Source of the DNA: an uncultured Candidatus Rokubacteria bacterium
GTDB lineage: Bacteria; Methylomirabilota; Methylomirabilia; Rokubacteriales; DASRDR01
Assembly (NCBI GenBank): GCA_963826115.1
Contig: CAWGVS010000006.1
Span: forward strand, 32,001 to 96,000
DNA: 64,000 nucleotides
Reading direction: 5' to 3'
Part shown: piece after piece, positions 1 to 9,158 of the stretch
How positions within the stretch are numbered: position 1 is the stretch's first letter
Layout of the letters: every line of letters begins with the position of its first letter
Notes under the pieces: generated by a model
The model's input: the letters and a program-made list of their open reading frames with translations, nothing else
Databases searched by the model: none
What the model was told of the DNA's origin: nothing
Translations under genes and position numbers: made by a program

Positions 1-827
1 CGGAGCGCCCATTCCGTGTAGGCGGCGCGGGCGCGCCGGGCGACCGCGGGCCCGACGTCCGGTCCGAGGTACCCTTGCCCCCGCTCCACGCTCCACGCGA
101 TCTCGCGCAGGTTCCGCCCTGACCGGAGCAGCCGACCGGTCGCCGACCCCGGATGAATCCGGCAGCAGGCCAGTCGATCCGGCTCGTACCAGATCGGCGT
201 GCTCGCGGCGATTCGCTGCCACATGTCCCAGTCGAGACAGTAGCGGAGCTCCGCGTCGAAGCCGCCGAGGCGTTCGTACACGCTTCGCCGGACGATGATC
301 CCGGCGCAGGCGAACTTCAGCTGGACAAAAACGTGCTCGACCCAGTCGTCGAGTAGGCCGGATCGCCCCGACACCTGGGCCCCCCGGGGCAGTGGGTGGC
401 CGGCCGGGTCCACGTAGCTCGGCTGGACGAAGGCGGCGCCCGCGTCGGGATGCGCGGCCAGACCAGTCTCTACCCGGGCGTAGAAGCCGGCGCGCACGAA
501 GTCGTCCTGGTGGAGGATGTGCACCAGGTGGCCGCGCGCCAGCTCGAGGCACCGGTTCCAGTTCCTGGCGATCCCGAGGCGGCGCGGGTTGCGCTCGAGC
601 GTGACTGCCCCCGCCATCCCGCCGCGAAGACAAGCCGAGCCGTCGAAGCCTGGCGAGGCGTCGTCGACGATCGTTACTTGAAACCGCTCGAGGGCGTGCG
701 CCTGCGCCAGGACGCTGTCGAGCGCCTCCGTCAGGAAGGTGGGATCCGGCCGCCACGTCGGGATCATGACCGACCAGAGCGGGCGGTCGGGATACGGAGG
801 AAGAGGGGGCACCGGGGGAATGCTCAT
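1..827 (-). CDS. GT2 family glycosyltransferase (3' end runs off the window)
   Basis: Not in the ORF track because no stop falls in the window. Manual translation from ATG 827 gives MSIPPVPPLPPYPDRPLWSVMIPTWRPDPTFLTEALDSVLAQ...VTIVDDASP, a typical GT2 N-terminus. Confidence 0.85.
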   Translation of the reverse strand, partial: MSIPPVPPLPPYPDRPLWSVMIPTWRPDPTFLTEALDSVLAQAHALERFQVTIVDDASPGFDGSACLRGGMAGAVTLERNPRRLGIARNWNRCLELARGHLVHILHQDDFVRAGFYARVETGLAAHPDAGAAFVQPSYVDPAGHPLPRGAQVSGRSGLLDDWVEHVFVQLKFACAGIIVRRSVYERLGGFDAELRYCLDWDMWQRIAASTPIWYEPDRLACCRIHPGSATGRLLRSGRNLREIAWSVERGQGYLGPDVGPAVARRARAAYTEWAL

Positions 828-905
828 CCGGAAGCCGATTGACCTGAACCATAGCACGGCCCGCCCTGGGGCCTGCAAAGCGCCGTGCTAGGATCATTGC
901 CGACC

Positions 906-1688
906 ATGGGGCACGAATCCCGCGCGCCGCTCGTCTCAGTGATTCTTCCGACCTACAATCGTGCGGCGTTGATCGGGTCTGCGATCCGGAGCGTGCTGGA
1001 CCAGACCTTCGTCGACCTCGAGCTCTGGGTGATCGACGACGGGTCGACCGACGACACCCACGCGGTCGTGCACGCCATCGCGGACGAGCGGCTCCGCTAC
1101 AGCCGTCTGGACAGGAACCGGGGCCAGGCGGCCGCCCGCAACGAGGGGTTGCGGCGGGCCCGCGGCGAATATCTCGCCTTCCAGGACTCCGACGATCGCT
1201 GGGCGCCGGAAAAGCTCGAGCGCTCGATGGGGATCATGGGCGGCGCCCGGCCCGAGATCGGCGCCGTCTACTGCGACATGATGCGGGTGTGGCGCGATGG
1301 CCGCGTCACCTACCACCGCTCGCCGACACTCAAGCGTGGACGCTGGATCGATCCGGAGACCGGCTGGTACCAGGTCCATCTTCTGGGTATCCAGGCGACG
1401 TTGATCCGGCGCCGGTGCCTCGACGCGGTGGGCCACTTCGACGAGGAGCTCCGCCACTTCGAGGACATGGAGCTGTTCATGCGGCTCTCCCGGGTCTACG
1501 ATCTCGTGCATCTCCGGGAGCCGCTGGTGGACTACGTCCAAACCGCGGGAGTGTCCGAGGACATGGCGGGAAAGTGGCGGGCGAGATGGCGCATCCTCCG
1601 CCGGCACGGGCCGGCCATCCTCCGGGAGTCCCCGTGCTTCCTGGTCCTGGAGAGCCGTCGGATCCTGCGGCAGCGCTTCGGGCGGTGA
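906..1688 (+). CDS. GT2 family glycosyltransferase
   Basis: VSVILPTYNR, VIDDGSTD, AARNEG, FQDSDD and FDEEL..FED motifs. ATG 906 preferred over GTG 885. Confidence 0.93.
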   Translation: MGHESRAPLVSVILPTYNRAALIGSAIRSVLDQTFVDLELWVIDDGSTDDTHAVVHAIADERLRYSRLDRNRGQAAARNEGLRRARGEYLAFQDSDDRWAPEKLERSMGIMGGARPEIGAVYCDMMRVWRDGRVTYHRSPTLKRGRWIDPETGWYQVHLLGIQATLIRRRCLDAVGHFDEELRHFEDMELFMRLSRVYDLVHLREPLVDYVQTAGVSEDMAGKWRARWRILRRHGPAILRESPCFLVLESRRILRQRFGR

Positions 1689-1746
1689 TCCCGGCTCGTC
1701 CCGCCCGCGGCCGGCACAACTCTGACGACCCCCTGGAGGGGAGCGC

Positions 1747-3828
1747 GTGAGGATCGCCTACGTCAACGCGCGCTACCGTCTCGACACACACGACGGCCCG
1801 AACGCGCATTCCCGTCAGTTCGTGGAGAACGCGGTGGCCCTCGGCCACGACGTCTGGATGGGGCCCGGCCAGGAGCATCCCCTCGCCCAGAGGCTGCCGC
1901 GAGCCCGGCTGGCCCGAGTCCGGGTCCTCCGGACGATGGATGTCGTGTACGTCCGGCTTGAGCACCGGCTGCCTGTTCCGTGTCGCTGGGCTGTGGGTCC
2001 GCGGCGCACCCTCCTCGGTGACCCCCTGATGGTCTGGGAGTTCAACACGGTTCCGGAGTTCGGCGTCTACGCCGACGAGACGCTTTCGCGGATCGCGCGG
2101 AACATCGAGGGCTTTCGGCGCTTCGGCCGGGGCTGTGATCTCGCCGTCTGCGTCTCGCCGCATCTCGCCGAGTACGTGCGCGGCCGACTCGGCATCGAGC
2201 GCACCCTGGTGGCCCCCAACGGATCCGACCCCGAGCTCTACCGGCCCGACGCGCCAATCGTCCGGCATCTTCGCGACGGGGACCCTCGGTCCTTCCACGT
2301 GCTGTGGATGGGCAGCGCCTACGTCCCCTGGCACGACTTCGACCTGCTGAAGGCCGCCGCAGAGATTATCTGGAACCGCGGAAACCCCCACCACATCGCC
2401 GTCCACCTCATCGGGAAGGACGTGCGGCTGATCGGGGAGCTGCCGCCCAACGTGCACTACCACGGGATGGAGGAATATCTGCGCCTGCCGGGATGGATGA
2501 GCGCGATGCATGTCGGTCTCTGCCTCTACCGTCCCGGGCCGGCCGACTACAGCTCCCCCCTGAAGCTGTTCGACTATCTGTCCAGCGGGCTGGCCGTGGT
2601 GGCGACCCGTCAACCTCAGACCGCGCAGATTCTCGGGGAGCTGGACACGCCTGACCTGCTGATCGCGCCGCAGGACGCAGAGGGCCTCGCCAACCGGCTG
2701 GAAGCGCTGGCGGGCGACCGCGAGCGGGTGCGGCAGATCGGTCGGCGCGCCCGAGAACTCCTCGTGAGCAAGTACACCTGGCGCGCGACGGTGACGGCCA
2801 CCCTCGCCGAGATTGAGCGGCTGGTGAGCGGCCGGGCCAGGCCAGCCCGCCGGCTCCGTGCTCCGCCGCGCTCGCCGTCGCGGCCTCATCAACCGTCCGC
2901 GACAGGGGCACTCAGCGACCCCAGCACCGGTCCGGTGCCGGTGAGCGTCTGCATCGCGACGTACCGGCGACCCGATTCGCTCGGGTGGCTGCTCGAGGGG
3001 CTCACCAAGCTCGGTTCCCGGACCCCTGGCTTCGAGGTCGTGGTCATCGACAACGACGCCGCCGGCTCGGCGGTGCCGGTGGCCGCGGCATTCGCCGACC
3101 GGCTGCCATTGCGGGTCGCCGTCGAGCCCCGACGGAGCGTCGCGCACGCACGGAACCTGGGCGTTACGCTGGCCCGCGGCGAGTTCGTCGCCTTCATCGA
3201 CGACGACGAGGTGCCGGATCCTCGATGGCTGGCGGAGCTTCACGCAGCGGTGTCGGCGACCGGCGCCGACGGCGGTTTCGGGCCGGTCGAGGTGCGCTTC
3301 GACGACGACGTTCCGCCCTGGATCCAGCGCTGCGCCTTCTTCGAGCGCTCCGTCCTCGCCACCGGCGCCACCGTGCCGTGGTGGCAGGCCCGCTCGGGCA
3401 ACGCACTGATCCGCCGCTCGTCGCTCGGGAATCGGGCCCAGCCGTTCGACCCGCGCTTCGGATTGACGGGCGGAGAGGACACCGATCTCTTCTATCGCAT
3501 GATACAGGGGGGGGCGCGCTTCATCGCGGTAGAGTCGGCGCGAGTGGTCGAGCGACGCTCCCGCCATCGGTCTTCAGGCTGGTGGATGCTGAGGCGAAGC
3601 TTCCGTCAGGGCGGCACGATCGTGGACGTGTCGCTGCGAAACGAGCGGGTTGCTACCCAACTACGCGCCTGGTCTCGGGCGGCTGTCAGGGTGGTGGCCG
3701 AAGGATGCCGGGCAGTCCGTCACTTCCGGACGAGAGATCGCTGGTTCGAGCACCTGCTGAACGCGACCCAGTCGCTGGGGATGCTGGCGGTCGTGTTCGG
3801 ACTGCGGTACCGCGAGTACGGAAGGTAG
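1747..3828 (+). CDS. GT4-GT2 fusion glycosyltransferase
   Basis: N-half is GT-B (VSP, PNG, SSPLKLFDYLSSGLAVV, YTW). C-half is ExoM-like GT2 (SVCIATYRR, VIDND, FIDDDE, GGED). GGAG RBS before the GTG. Confidence 0.9.
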   Translation: MRIAYVNARYRLDTHDGPNAHSRQFVENAVALGHDVWMGPGQEHPLAQRLPRARLARVRVLRTMDVVYVRLEHRLPVPCRWAVGPRRTLLGDPLMVWEFNTVPEFGVYADETLSRIARNIEGFRRFGRGCDLAVCVSPHLAEYVRGRLGIERTLVAPNGSDPELYRPDAPIVRHLRDGDPRSFHVLWMGSAYVPWHDFDLLKAAAEIIWNRGNPHHIAVHLIGKDVRLIGELPPNVHYHGMEEYLRLPGWMSAMHVGLCLYRPGPADYSSPLKLFDYLSSGLAVVATRQPQTAQILGELDTPDLLIAPQDAEGLANRLEALAGDRERVRQIGRRARELLVSKYTWRATVTATLAEIERLVSGRARPARRLRAPPRSPSRPHQPSATGALSDPSTGPVPVSVCIATYRRPDSLGWLLEGLTKLGSRTPGFEVVVIDNDAAGSAVPVAAAFADRLPLRVAVEPRRSVAHARNLGVTLARGEFVAFIDDDEVPDPRWLAELHAAVSATGADGGFGPVEVRFDDDVPPWIQRCAFFERSVLATGATVPWWQARSGNALIRRSSLGNRAQPFDPRFGLTGGEDTDLFYRMIQGGARFIAVESARVVERRSRHRSSGWWMLRRSFRQGGTIVDVSLRNERVATQLRAWSRAAVRVVAEGCRAVRHFRTRDRWFEHLLNATQSLGMLAVVFGLRYREYGR

Positions 3829-4199
3829 ACGCTCCAACGCATGTACTTGTCTCCCGCCACCAGCCTAGAGCGCCCAGCGGAACCGTATCGGGAACAGAGG
3901 CGGTTTGGCCGCCGATCTTTTCGCCGGCAAACGCGTATCTGCATGTCCACTCGACCGTGGCTGAGAGTGGCGAGATCCGGGGTCACCTGAAAACGTGCCT
4001 TCCGTTGTTGGTGTCCGACTACCGTTCCATACTATGGTGGCCGAAAATGAAATGCCGCGTCCGGGAGAGGGAGCCGGTTCCGCCTAACTCGACGAAGCGC
4101 GAAACGTCCCAGGAAATCCATATGCCGGTCGTCTTCGGCACAAGCGGCGGCACGCCGATTCGAGCCGGACGAAACCGCGATAAAGTGCCGGAGAAGACG

Positions 4200-5075
4200 A
4201 TGGCCCCGAGCCTGACACGCATTAGGAGCCAATGTGGTTCCATTTATCACCGGCAGCGCTCGCGGCGTCTGCTTAAGTCCCTCGAACACGACAGCGATCA
4301 CGTCGTACGCGCAGTCGCGCAGGCGCTCCAGGCTGTCCTCGATGACAATGTTCCGGCAGAAGAACGCGCCTGGATTGATCGCATCGAACGCCTGCGTGCA
4401 GAGATGAATGCCTCGACCGTTTCGATTTCGAATGTCGATTATGGAGCCCAGACTCCCGGCGATACACTTTCGGTTGACGAAATGGCCCGAGGGCAAGTTG
4501 TGACGCGCACTTTGGGGGAGGTGTGCCTCACCTCCAGCATGCCCTATCGCTGGGCGTTGTTGCTGCTCAAGCTCGTTCGCACGCTGCAGCCTTCGACGTG
4601 CCTGGAACTGGGGACCTGTGTCGGCATCTCGGCGGCATACCAGGCCGTTGCCCTGGAACTGAATCAACGGGGCCGGCTGATCACGCTCGACGGCGCCGCG
4701 CCCCTGGCGCACATCGCGCATCAGAATCTCGACTTATTGGGCCTCACTCAACGTCTGACCGTCAAGGTTGGGCGATTCAGTGACACGCTGGGCAGCGTCC
4801 TCCGCGAGCACAGCCCTGTGGACCTCGTCTTCATCGACGGCCATCATGACAGGCAGGCCACGCTCGATTACTTCGAGCAGATTTATCCGCATCTGTCGCC
4901 CAGTGCCGTTCTGCTGTGCGATGACATTCACTGGTCCCCCGGCATGCTGCAAGCGTGGCAAACTATCTCCGGCGATCGACGCCACATTCTGTCGATTGAT
5001 CTGCAACAGATCGGCATCTGCCGCGTGGGCGGCAAAGGGACGCCTCCTCGGGAAATGCGCATGCGTCTTGTGTGA
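4200..5075 (+). CDS. Class I SAM-dependent methyltransferase (Methyltransf_24-like)
   Basis: LELGTCVGISA, DLVFIDGHH and CDDIHWS motifs. Only the distal part of track ORF 2985..5075 is credible; ATG 4200 follows GGAGAAG. Visibly more AT-rich codon use than neighbours. Confidence 0.85.
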   Translation: MAPSLTRIRSQCGSIYHRQRSRRLLKSLEHDSDHVVRAVAQALQAVLDDNVPAEERAWIDRIERLRAEMNASTVSISNVDYGAQTPGDTLSVDEMARGQVVTRTLGEVCLTSSMPYRWALLLLKLVRTLQPSTCLELGTCVGISAAYQAVALELNQRGRLITLDGAAPLAHIAHQNLDLLGLTQRLTVKVGRFSDTLGSVLREHSPVDLVFIDGHHDRQATLDYFEQIYPHLSPSAVLLCDDIHWSPGMLQAWQTISGDRRHILSIDLQQIGICRVGGKGTPPREMRMRLV

Positions 5076-5132
5076 CGAGCGAGGACCCTGCCCGGGGCGG
5101 CCCCGAGCCCAAGGAATGTCGTTCCGGGGTCT

Positions 5133-5380
5133 TCGGCCACCGATTGGTCACCAAGGGAGGCGGACTAGGACGAATCTGGATGGTGTCCCCCCTGGCCGCT
5201 GCGTTCGGAAACGAGCGGAGTTACGTCCTGCGAGGTTCGCTCAGTAGCGCTCAGTCTCGCGTCCTCTTCCGTTCGTAATCGACAGGTCATCGGTTCAAGT
5301 CCGATCGTCGGCTCCAGAATTTCCAGCACTTCGACGACAGCGTTCCCATCGAGCGACGAAACTGTGCGAAAGTGTGCGAA
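5133..5380 (+). mobile_element. att-like junction 1: paired 11-bp arm motifs + tRNA-Thr(CGT) 3' half + downstream direct repeats
   Basis: TCGGCCACCGA/TTGGTCACCAA at 5133-5154. Core TTCGTAATCGACAGGTCATCGGTTCAAGTCCGATCGTCGGCTCCA at 5272-5316. ACTGTGCGAA/AGTGTGCGAA at 5361-5380. Confidence 0.8.
5272..5316 (+). pseudogene. 3' half of tRNA-Thr(CGT), anticodon loop to CCA; not an intact tRNA
   Basis: Anticodon loop TTCGTAA, variable loop AGGTC, T-arm ATCGG-TTCAAGT-CCGAT, acceptor 3' strand CGTCGGC-T-CCA. No complementary 5' GCCGAYG and no 5' anticodon-stem strand upstream. Confidence 0.85.
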
Positions 5381-5419
5381 TGCGCATTCGCCGCGCGTCG
5401 ACTGGAATGGCGAGGCGGG

Positions 5420-6265
5420 CTACTTGTCGCCGCAGACGACGATCGCGGATCCGTTGAAACGGGTCTTGCCACCGGCCGAGCTCTGAGCGGCCAGCCCGAG
5501 GACCACCTCCTTGATCTTGGCGCGCGTGGGCTCGTCCGCCTTGGCGATACCCGCCACCACCGGCGGGGCGATTTCGTTCATGAAGGTGAAGTACTCTTCG
5601 GGGCTGTTGAATTGGACCGGGACGCCGACCTCCTTTTCCGTCACGTTTCTCAGGCCGGCGTCGCGAAAGACCCCGGCCATGTAGCCGGCCGCGGCGCAAC
5701 GGAAGAGGCCCGGCGCGCCGGGAGGCGGCGCGGGCATCTCGACGTGTTTGGCGACCGTGCCCATGATGGTGGTCGCCCACGGATTCTTCTCTGGCGGACC
5801 CCACACGGCGGTGCAGACGCGGGCGCCGGGTTTGGCCACACGGGCGAGCTCGCGGGCTGCCCCCGAGACGTCGGGGAAGAACATGAAGGCGAAGCGGGCC
5901 GTGACCGCGTCGAACGTGTTGTCGGCGAAGGGTAGCGCGCCGGCGTCGCACTGGCGCGTCTCAACGTTGCGGAGACCACGGCGCGCGGCACTCTCCTTGG
6001 CGACGAGGAGCATCTTCTCGGCGAGGTCGGTCATCATGACCTTGCCTTGCGGGCAGCGAGAGGCCGCACTGAGCGCCGGCTCTCCGGTCCCCGACGCGAT
6101 GTCGAGGACGTAGGAGTCGGGCCGCAGGCGGGCACTGTCCAGAAGCTCCAGGCCGACGGGCGCGAGCCAGCCCAGCACGAGGTCGTCCCACTTCTTCCAG
6201 CCTGCTGAAAACTTGTCCCAGGTTGCCTGCTGTTGGTCCCGGATCTGCTCGGGGTGTGTTGCCAT
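5420..6265 (-). CDS. UbiE/Methyltransf_11-like SAM-dependent methyltransferase
   Basis: VLDIASGTGEP, DAGALPFADNTFDAV and ARVAKPGAR motifs. GGAGG RBS. Confidence 0.92.
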   Translation of the reverse strand: MATHPEQIRDQQQATWDKFSAGWKKWDDLVLGWLAPVGLELLDSARLRPDSYVLDIASGTGEPALSAASRCPQGKVMMTDLAEKMLLVAKESAARRGLRNVETRQCDAGALPFADNTFDAVTARFAFMFFPDVSGAARELARVAKPGARVCTAVWGPPEKNPWATTIMGTVAKHVEMPAPPPGAPGLFRCAAAGYMAGVFRDAGLRNVTEKEVGVPVQFNSPEEYFTFMNEIAPPVVAGIAKADEPTRAKIKEVVLGLAAQSSAGGKTRFNGSAIVVCGDK

Positions 6266-6325
6266 CGGTTCCTCCGCTGCCGTGTGTGACGTGACCGAAG
6301 CGGCTTGCTTGCACCAGGTGACCAG

Positions 6326-6355
6326 CTAGTAGCACTTTGCCGGCTGAACTGTCAA
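6326..6355 (-). promoter_or_regulatory. Putative sigma70 promoter of the methyltransferase
   Basis: Minus strand TTGACA-N18-TACTAG with TGn extension, about 60 bp before the ATG. Confidence 0.45.
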
Positions 6356-6467
6356 ACACTGGTTGCGTGGTTTGACCGGAGAGCGCCATTTTCGGGGAAA
6401 CGGGCCAACGGCCTCGTCTGACGGTAGCTGAGTAGTCTTCAGCTTCGCCCCATCCGCCCAGACTCTC

Positions 6468-6706
6468 TTGGCCACCAATCGGTCACCAAGAGAGGCGAAC
6501 TAGGAGGACCCTGCCGGATCTTCGCTCGCGGGCAAGCGCTCCAAAGCAGGCAGCCTTAGGTCGTCTGAGGTCGGCTCAGTAGTTCTCAGTTCGCCCGTGT
6601 TCTCAGTTCGGAATCGACAGGTCGTCGGTTCAAGTCCGATCGTCGGCTCCAGCGTTTCGATCATGTCCACGACGCCTTCCGCCCCAACCGCCCAATTGGT
6701 CACCAA
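6468..6706 (+). mobile_element. att-like junction 2 (arm pair + tRNA-Thr 3' half + downstream arm motif)
   Basis: TTGGCCACCAA/TCGGTCACCAA at 6468-6489. Core TTCGGAATCGACAGGTCGTCGGTTCAAGTCCGATCGTCGGCTCCA at 6607-6651. TTGGTCACCAA at 6696-6706. Confidence 0.8.
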
Positions 6707-6725
6707 GCGCTTTTGAACTCGCGTT

Positions 6726-6785
6726 GTCGAGCGCGTCCACCCAATGGGTGTCGGCCTGCGGGAGCCAGTGCGCGTACCACTGGAG
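6726..6785 (-). pseudogene. Remnant of a tyrosine-integrase C-terminus
   Basis: Translates as LQWYAHWLPQADTHWVDALD, resembling the catalytic-Tyr YxHW..(W)VD.LD tail of phage integrases. It points into the att-like site. No upstream R/HxxR/GH motifs in frame. Confidence 0.55.
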
Positions 6786-7019
6786 CGATCCGCGCCCGTC
6801 ACTGTCCCGGGCGGGACCCGTCGCCGGTGGGCGAGCTGCGCCATGGGAGTGACGTTGATGAGCCCGTCCTCGACGGTATCCGCGGGAATGCTTGTGGCGC
6901 CATCTTTCCGTGTCCCGCCGAGCACGCTTCTCGCGATGGGTGCACAGAAAGCAGGGCAGGGGGCTCCCAACGAACGCCTGCATGCGCCCGAACTATCGGA
7001 GAATCGCGGGGTTCCGCAA

Positions 7020-7061
7020 GGTGCACAGTCTACAGTGCAGGGTGCACAGTCTACAGTGCAG
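7020..7061. repeat. Perfect 21-bp tandem duplication with 7-bp sub-periodicity
   Basis: GGTGCACAGTCTACAGTGCAG x2. Confidence 0.95.
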
Positions 7062-7335
7062 CGTCCTCCAACTCGGCGATTCCCAACTGCTTTCGGCACG
7101 AGCCGTGGAGCTGCCATGGAGCAGACTGCCTTGCCTGGTGTGCACCGGTCGCGAGATAGGCGCGCGCAGTCCGAGCGTGTGTGGAAGCTCTTAAGCGCTC
7201 GTCACGGCAGGACGATCCCGTTCTCCCAGCTGGACGTCCGTTGTTGGCGCGAATCTCGCTAGGTGGCTCGTGTAACGCTCGCGATGGGATCGCCCTTACA
7301 CCGCCTGCCGGCGCGGCGGCGTACTAGATGAGCGT

Positions 7336-7734
7336 ATGGACGATGTGACAGGCGTGGAATATCGGCGTGTTGGGCTCGTATGGCTTCTCAGCGCATGGAC
7401 GGCTGCGGCCGGGTGCGCCATTCCGGTCCGGACCAACGGGGAAGAACGAGCGGGCCCGGCCGCCTTCGCCGTCTACGCGCTCTCGCGAGGCCGAGGCGTT
7501 CCCGAGGCGACCTCGCGCGCGTGGCACGCGGCGTGGACGTTGCTCGAGGATGCCCGGCGAGAGGGCAAGGTCGCGCAGCTCCAGCAAACCCGCATCGGTC
7601 TCGAGGGCGAGATCCGCCTGTGCGCCGAGTTCTCGGACGCGGCGCGCGCGCGGGAGCTCCTGGAACGCGTGCGGGAGATCGGGAAAGGGGTCGATTTGCT
7701 CAATGTGGTCGAGGAGCCATGTTCGAGGCAGTGA
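7336..7734 (+). CDS. Hypothetical putative lipoprotein
   Basis: Hydrophobic N-terminus ending AAAGC. Lies 27 bp upstream of the protease gene in the same orientation. Confidence 0.6.
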   Translation: MDDVTGVEYRRVGLVWLLSAWTAAAGCAIPVRTNGEERAGPAAFAVYALSRGRGVPEATSRAWHAAWTLLEDARREGKVAQLQQTRIGLEGEIRLCAEFSDAARARELLERVREIGKGVDLLNVVEEPCSRQ

Positions 7735-7761
7735 TATCCGGCCGCACAAAGGAGAACGGTC

Positions 7762-9108
7762 ATGCATAAGCGCGCTCGATCCACGTGGGTAGTGCTCGCG
7801 TGCGTCCTCGGTCTGACGGTGTTCGGCTGTCAGGCCATGCGGAGCGGCGGCTCCAAGATCCAGCCGGCCATGGGGACCGCCGTGCAGGCGACGCCCGAGG
7901 CGATCGAAGAGGCGCGCGCCGAGGTCTTGAGGAAAGACCGGGCCCAGCGCGCCGTGTGGGCGACCAAGACCTTCGAAGAGTTCGAGCGGTCCGTCTACAA
8001 GGAACCGTTTCCGGGGGGCAAGTACATAGTCAACGGCGACATCGCCATCTCGGATCGCAAGCAGCTCAAGGAGTTCTTCGAGACGAGCATCAAGCAGGAG
8101 CCGCCGCAAACCCAGCCGGGGCGGCTGATCGTCCAGCATTCGGGGGTCGACGCGGTCTGGAACAGCACCCAAAAGAAGCAGATCACGTACTGTGTGAGCA
8201 CGACCTTCGGCACTCGCCGCGCGAGCGTCGTGAGCGCCATGCAGGCGGCGACCGGCGCGTGGTCGCAGGTGGCCGACGTCGCCTACGTGTACGTCGCGTC
8301 CCAGGACACCACCTGCACCCCGAATAACGCGAACGTCGTGTTCGACGTCAACCCCGTCAACGTGAACGGCGAGTACCTCGCCCGAGCCTTCTTTCCCAAC
8401 GAGCCTCGGGCGGTGCGCAATGTGCTGATCGACGAGACGGCATTCCAGCTCGACCCGAGCGGCAAGCTGACGCTCGTCGGCATTCTTCGCCATGAACTCG
8501 GACACACCCTGGGCTGGCGGCACGAGCACACGCGCCCGGAGTCCGGCACCTGTTTCGAGGACAACGAGTGGCGGCCCCTGACGTCATACGACAGCTTTTC
8601 CGTCATGCACTATCCGCAGTGCAATGGCGCCGGGGACTGGTCGCTCACCCTCACCAACTTCGACAAGAATGGCGCCGCGTGCCTCTATGGGGCGGCGCCC
8701 GGGTTCGTGATGGATCCCAGCCTCGTGGTGAGTCCGGGGGCCTGTCAGGTCGCGGGCACGCCCACCACGCCGCCGGGGTGCGGACAGCAGCAAGTCAAGA
8801 CACTCAACGATCAGCGGGTGGCGAACGGCGAGGAGAAGTCGTACCCCGCCTTCACCGTCTCGCCCGGAAGCCGCTTCGAGGTCAAGATGATCGGCGACGG
8901 CACCGCGCCGGGCGATCCTGATCTGTACGTCCAGTTCGGCCAGGCCCCGACGCGTGTCGCGAACGGCTACGCGTGCCGGCCCTTCGTCAGCGGGCCATCG
9001 GAGGGTTGCGCGCTCGACGTCCCGGCAGGGAAGACGACCGCCTTTGTCATGGTGCACGGCTACACCGCGGGTGCCTACGATCTGACCGTCACCTACACCG
9101 GTCCCTAG
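7762..9108 (+). CDS. Secreted/lipoprotein metzincin metalloprotease (M10/M57-like) with C-terminal PPC domain
   Basis: Signal ending VFGC, YIVNGDI, HELGHTLGWRH zinc motif, SVMHY Met-turn, PPC motif GDPDLYV..G..PT..Y.CRP. AAGGAG RBS. Confidence 0.9.
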   Translation: MHKRARSTWVVLACVLGLTVFGCQAMRSGGSKIQPAMGTAVQATPEAIEEARAEVLRKDRAQRAVWATKTFEEFERSVYKEPFPGGKYIVNGDIAISDRKQLKEFFETSIKQEPPQTQPGRLIVQHSGVDAVWNSTQKKQITYCVSTTFGTRRASVVSAMQAATGAWSQVADVAYVYVASQDTTCTPNNANVVFDVNPVNVNGEYLARAFFPNEPRAVRNVLIDETAFQLDPSGKLTLVGILRHELGHTLGWRHEHTRPESGTCFEDNEWRPLTSYDSFSVMHYPQCNGAGDWSLTLTNFDKNGAACLYGAAPGFVMDPSLVVSPGACQVAGTPTTPPGCGQQQVKTLNDQRVANGEEKSYPAFTVSPGSRFEVKMIGDGTAPGDPDLYVQFGQAPTRVANGYACRPFVSGPSEGCALDVPAGKTTAFVMVHGYTAGAYDLTVTYTGP

Positions 9109-9158
9109 GCGCGTCGGCTCGGTGGCGCAACGGGCGTTCGGGAGGGAGTGACACTCGC

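Noticed and set aside
2985-4199. N-terminal 405 codons of the 696-aa track ORF
   Set aside because: It overlaps the GT4-GT2 gene in another frame and is Arg/Gly-rich shadow translation. Recognisable methyltransferase sequence begins only after 4200.
5235-5316. Intact tRNA-Thr gene (GCTCAGTAG looks like a D-arm)
   Set aside because: There is no 5' acceptor strand complementary to CGTCGGC, and the anticodon stem cannot pair (TTCCG vs TCGAC). The same holds for the other three copies.
6500-7262. Several 100-200 aa ORFs across junction 2
   Set aside because: They are translations of att and repeat DNA with no coherent domain. Only the short integrase-like tail was kept.
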